This document shows, piece by piece, positions 59,748-61,683 of a stretch of DNA of 61,683 bases; position 1 is the first letter of the stretch; every line of letters starts with the position of its first letter. Location of the stretch: contig QPGO01000208.1 of assembly GCA_008632985.1 (NCBI GenBank), positions 62,001 through 123,683 on the forward strand. The letters run 5' to 3'. The stretch is from Psammoneis japonica (taxonomy: Eukaryota). Made by a program: the position numbers and the translations under genes. A model generated the notes under the pieces. That model searched no databases. It was not told where the DNA came from and saw only the letters and a program-made list of their open reading frames with translations.

Positions 59748-60082
59748 ATGAACGACAACGCCGCAACTGATGCCAATACAGCACCAGAAGCGAGTCATGG
59801 ATCAGCTACTCCCGAGGCGCCAAGTGACTTTGAAGCAGAGCGTCGCATTTTACTCGACGGGTAAGGAGAGTGCAATGCCGTTTATTTCTCTGAAACACAT
59901 CAAAACTCACTTCTTGTTCTGTATCTCTGATCCGTAGAGTTTCGGAGCGATTATCAAGAATAATCAAGCAAATGTCCAAGGCAAACGATAATATGAATGT
60001 TCTAGCTTCTGATAGTAAGGAAGTGACACAAGTGTCGGACCTTTGGCGTGAAGCCTTTCGTAAGAAAGACCCGGAACGATAG
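59748..60082 (+). CDS. 85-aa two-exon protein resembling DASH/Dam1 complex subunit Dad1
   Basis: Exon 1 59748-59860, GT..AG intron 59861-59937, exon 2 59938-60082. Product 'DFEAERRILLDGVSERLSRIIKQMSKANDNMNVLASDSKEVTQVSDLWREAF'. Not in the supplied ORF track. Confidence 0.55.
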
Positions 60083-60565
60083 CTGTACGTAGTACAGTAG
60101 GTCAGAGACCCAAGGGCGAGACGTACATTACAATGAATACACTGTGTTCCTATGGATCCGTCATTTTGTCAGTGTGAAAAAGAAGCGGTAGAGAGTATTG
60201 CTGGCCTTGGTCGCATAAAATAGGGCTTCTATCTGCCGGCATACGCACCGAAAGTTGGCACCAACAACAGTTCAGAAATGTATCAGAACACGCTTGCCCG
60301 ATGGGAGACGTACAAAAGGGGGCTACCATGGACAACTGATGCTTTGGGCTTCTGGTTCTCCTACCGAAGGACGTATGTGGATCCATGTATTACGTTTCAT
60401 AGCTACCACACAGAAAGGCACGAGAAACTTTTTCAAAACCAACTCGGTGCCTCTGGCACTCGCCTCGGGTGATCAGACGAATCGTCCTACCGCTCTCCCC
60501 ACTACTTACTTTACTCCTCCTTTGTCAACAAAAAGAAAGTTACGATAGACTAACACTCGTTCGAT

Positions 60566-61315
60566 ATGGAAGACTTTCTTGACAGGTACCCCGAGTTCGA
60601 CGACATCAAGAAGCATGTTCTCGTGGAAGCGCACACCAAAGCTCTGGACAAGTTTCTCTCTCACAAGCTCGTCTTGTGTGGGCTGTGGTTCTTACTGCTA
60701 TCTACACTTGTCATCCCGAATTGGATGTGGGACCTTGTTGGATATGCAATCTTTTTCTTGTGTTACGCGGTTTTTCTTGTCGTCAAGTGGGTCGTCTTGG
60801 TCCCTCTGCTATGGCTTGCCCGACGGTGTTTGCCGACGGAGGCAATTCACTCAAAATGGGTGACGTTTTACACAATGGTTGGGGCAACGTTTCGACGGTT
60901 TGTCTATGGGAAAGACGCAGCAAAGGCTACGGATCGCCCCAGCTTTCCCTCCAGCAGAGTGCGTTCCGCTAAAGATCAACAACATGTTAGTGATGGCGAG
61001 CAGAGAGTTGGACGGCGGCGCAGGGTTTCCTTCCAGTCCGGGCAAATGTTGCATCAGCGCAGAGTCACTCCGCCCCAACCACCTTCTGTTCTGCCATCTG
61101 CTTTAGCACCTGGATCTAGACTTTCAAGACGATCTTCTGGCCCTCGTAGTGCAGACTCCAAAAGTCATGGCGTACCTCCTCCCTTGCTGAAGGCACCACT
61201 TCCGCGTCCGACTACCATTCGTAGCGTGACTCCACGACCCCCTCCTCCTCCTCCTCGATTGTCCTCCTCAATTGATCCACACAAGGGGCATGAGGAAAAT
61301 CCAACAAATTATTAG
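60566..61315 (+). CDS. Hypothetical membrane protein with Pro/Ser/Arg-rich tail
   Basis: 249-aa ORF with two hydrophobic helices followed by a low-complexity tail. Confidence 0.5.
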   Translation: MEDFLDRYPEFDDIKKHVLVEAHTKALDKFLSHKLVLCGLWFLLLSTLVIPNWMWDLVGYAIFFLCYAVFLVVKWVVLVPLLWLARRCLPTEAIHSKWVTFYTMVGATFRRFVYGKDAAKATDRPSFPSSRVRSAKDQQHVSDGEQRVGRRRRVSFQSGQMLHQRRVTPPQPPSVLPSALAPGSRLSRRSSGPRSADSKSHGVPPPLLKAPLPRPTTIRSVTPRPPPPPPRLSSSIDPHKGHEENPTNY

Positions 61316-61683
61316 AGAGTCTCGAGTATCAGTTACTTCTATGAAGGCTTGTATTAAGTTTCAGCTTATCTAGTCAAACCATCTTTTCTTTGATATATCT
61401 GCTCTTGACTCCTTGTCGTCGGGAGCACCTGCAAGTGCTTTGTACGATCGAACCATGCTTTCAAACTCAGCTTCTTCCTTGTCAATTTTTCGCTTCTTTG
61501 TAGGTTTCAATGCCTTTGGCTTGGGAGTACTGTGATCGACTTCTTTCTCTTCTTCTCGCTTTGCTGCTTCTTTGGAGGAGCCTTGGGAGTCGCTTTGGCA
61601 TCCGCGCCAGACTCTCTTGCTTTTCGCTTACGTTCGCGTTGAGCCTTGCCGCGACTCTTTCTACTAGATTTGCTCGCCCCACT

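Noticed and set aside
61316..61683. Partial minus-strand CDS at the window end
   Set aside because: Short, frame-broken and without recognisable motifs; it cannot be supported from this window.
1..61683. tRNA/rRNA genes
   Set aside because: None recognised by eye. A tRNAscan-SE/Infernal run would be needed to exclude them.

Overview
Eukaryotic genomic DNA, very probably from a diatom (inference). The evidence is short GT-AG introns, signal peptides ending in 'A-F' plastid-targeting motifs, and diatom-type secreted Cys-rich and beta-propeller families. About two thirds of the window is ordinary gene-dense sequence: an NTT-type nucleotide transporter (partial), a VIP2/C3-like ADP-ribosyltransferase, two FG-GAP-like beta-propeller membrane proteins, a CtpA/S41 protease, a tRNA-dihydrouridine synthase, a class I heme peroxidase, an Elongin-A-like protein, a TauD-like dioxygenase, an SBBP-like protein, a PncC(CinA)-NudC fusion, ILVBL/HACL2 and a small two-exon Dad1-like gene. 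The remaining third forms six sharply bounded blocks (~1.65-5.45, 10.0-11.3, 26.5-30.0, 32.7-36.1, 40.6-41.6 and 47.9-56.8 kb). These blocks are depleted of both CpG and TpA and enriched in TpG/CpA. They hold TE relics and decayed copies of host genes in which Tyr became Cys/His and Arg became Trp/Gln/His. An intact/decayed repeat pair in the window shows CG->CA/TG and TA->TG/CA changes directly, pointing to a RIP-like, context-specific mutational process with an unusual A->G-at-TpA component. Also present are a non-autonomous TIR element family with 4-bp TSDs (one copy interrupts a DNRLRE-domain ORF) and a 22-bp exact direct repeat bracketing the 8.9-kb decayed block. Single-base frameshifts in several otherwise intact genes look like assembly indels. 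All family assignments come from motif recognition by eye; no database searches were run.
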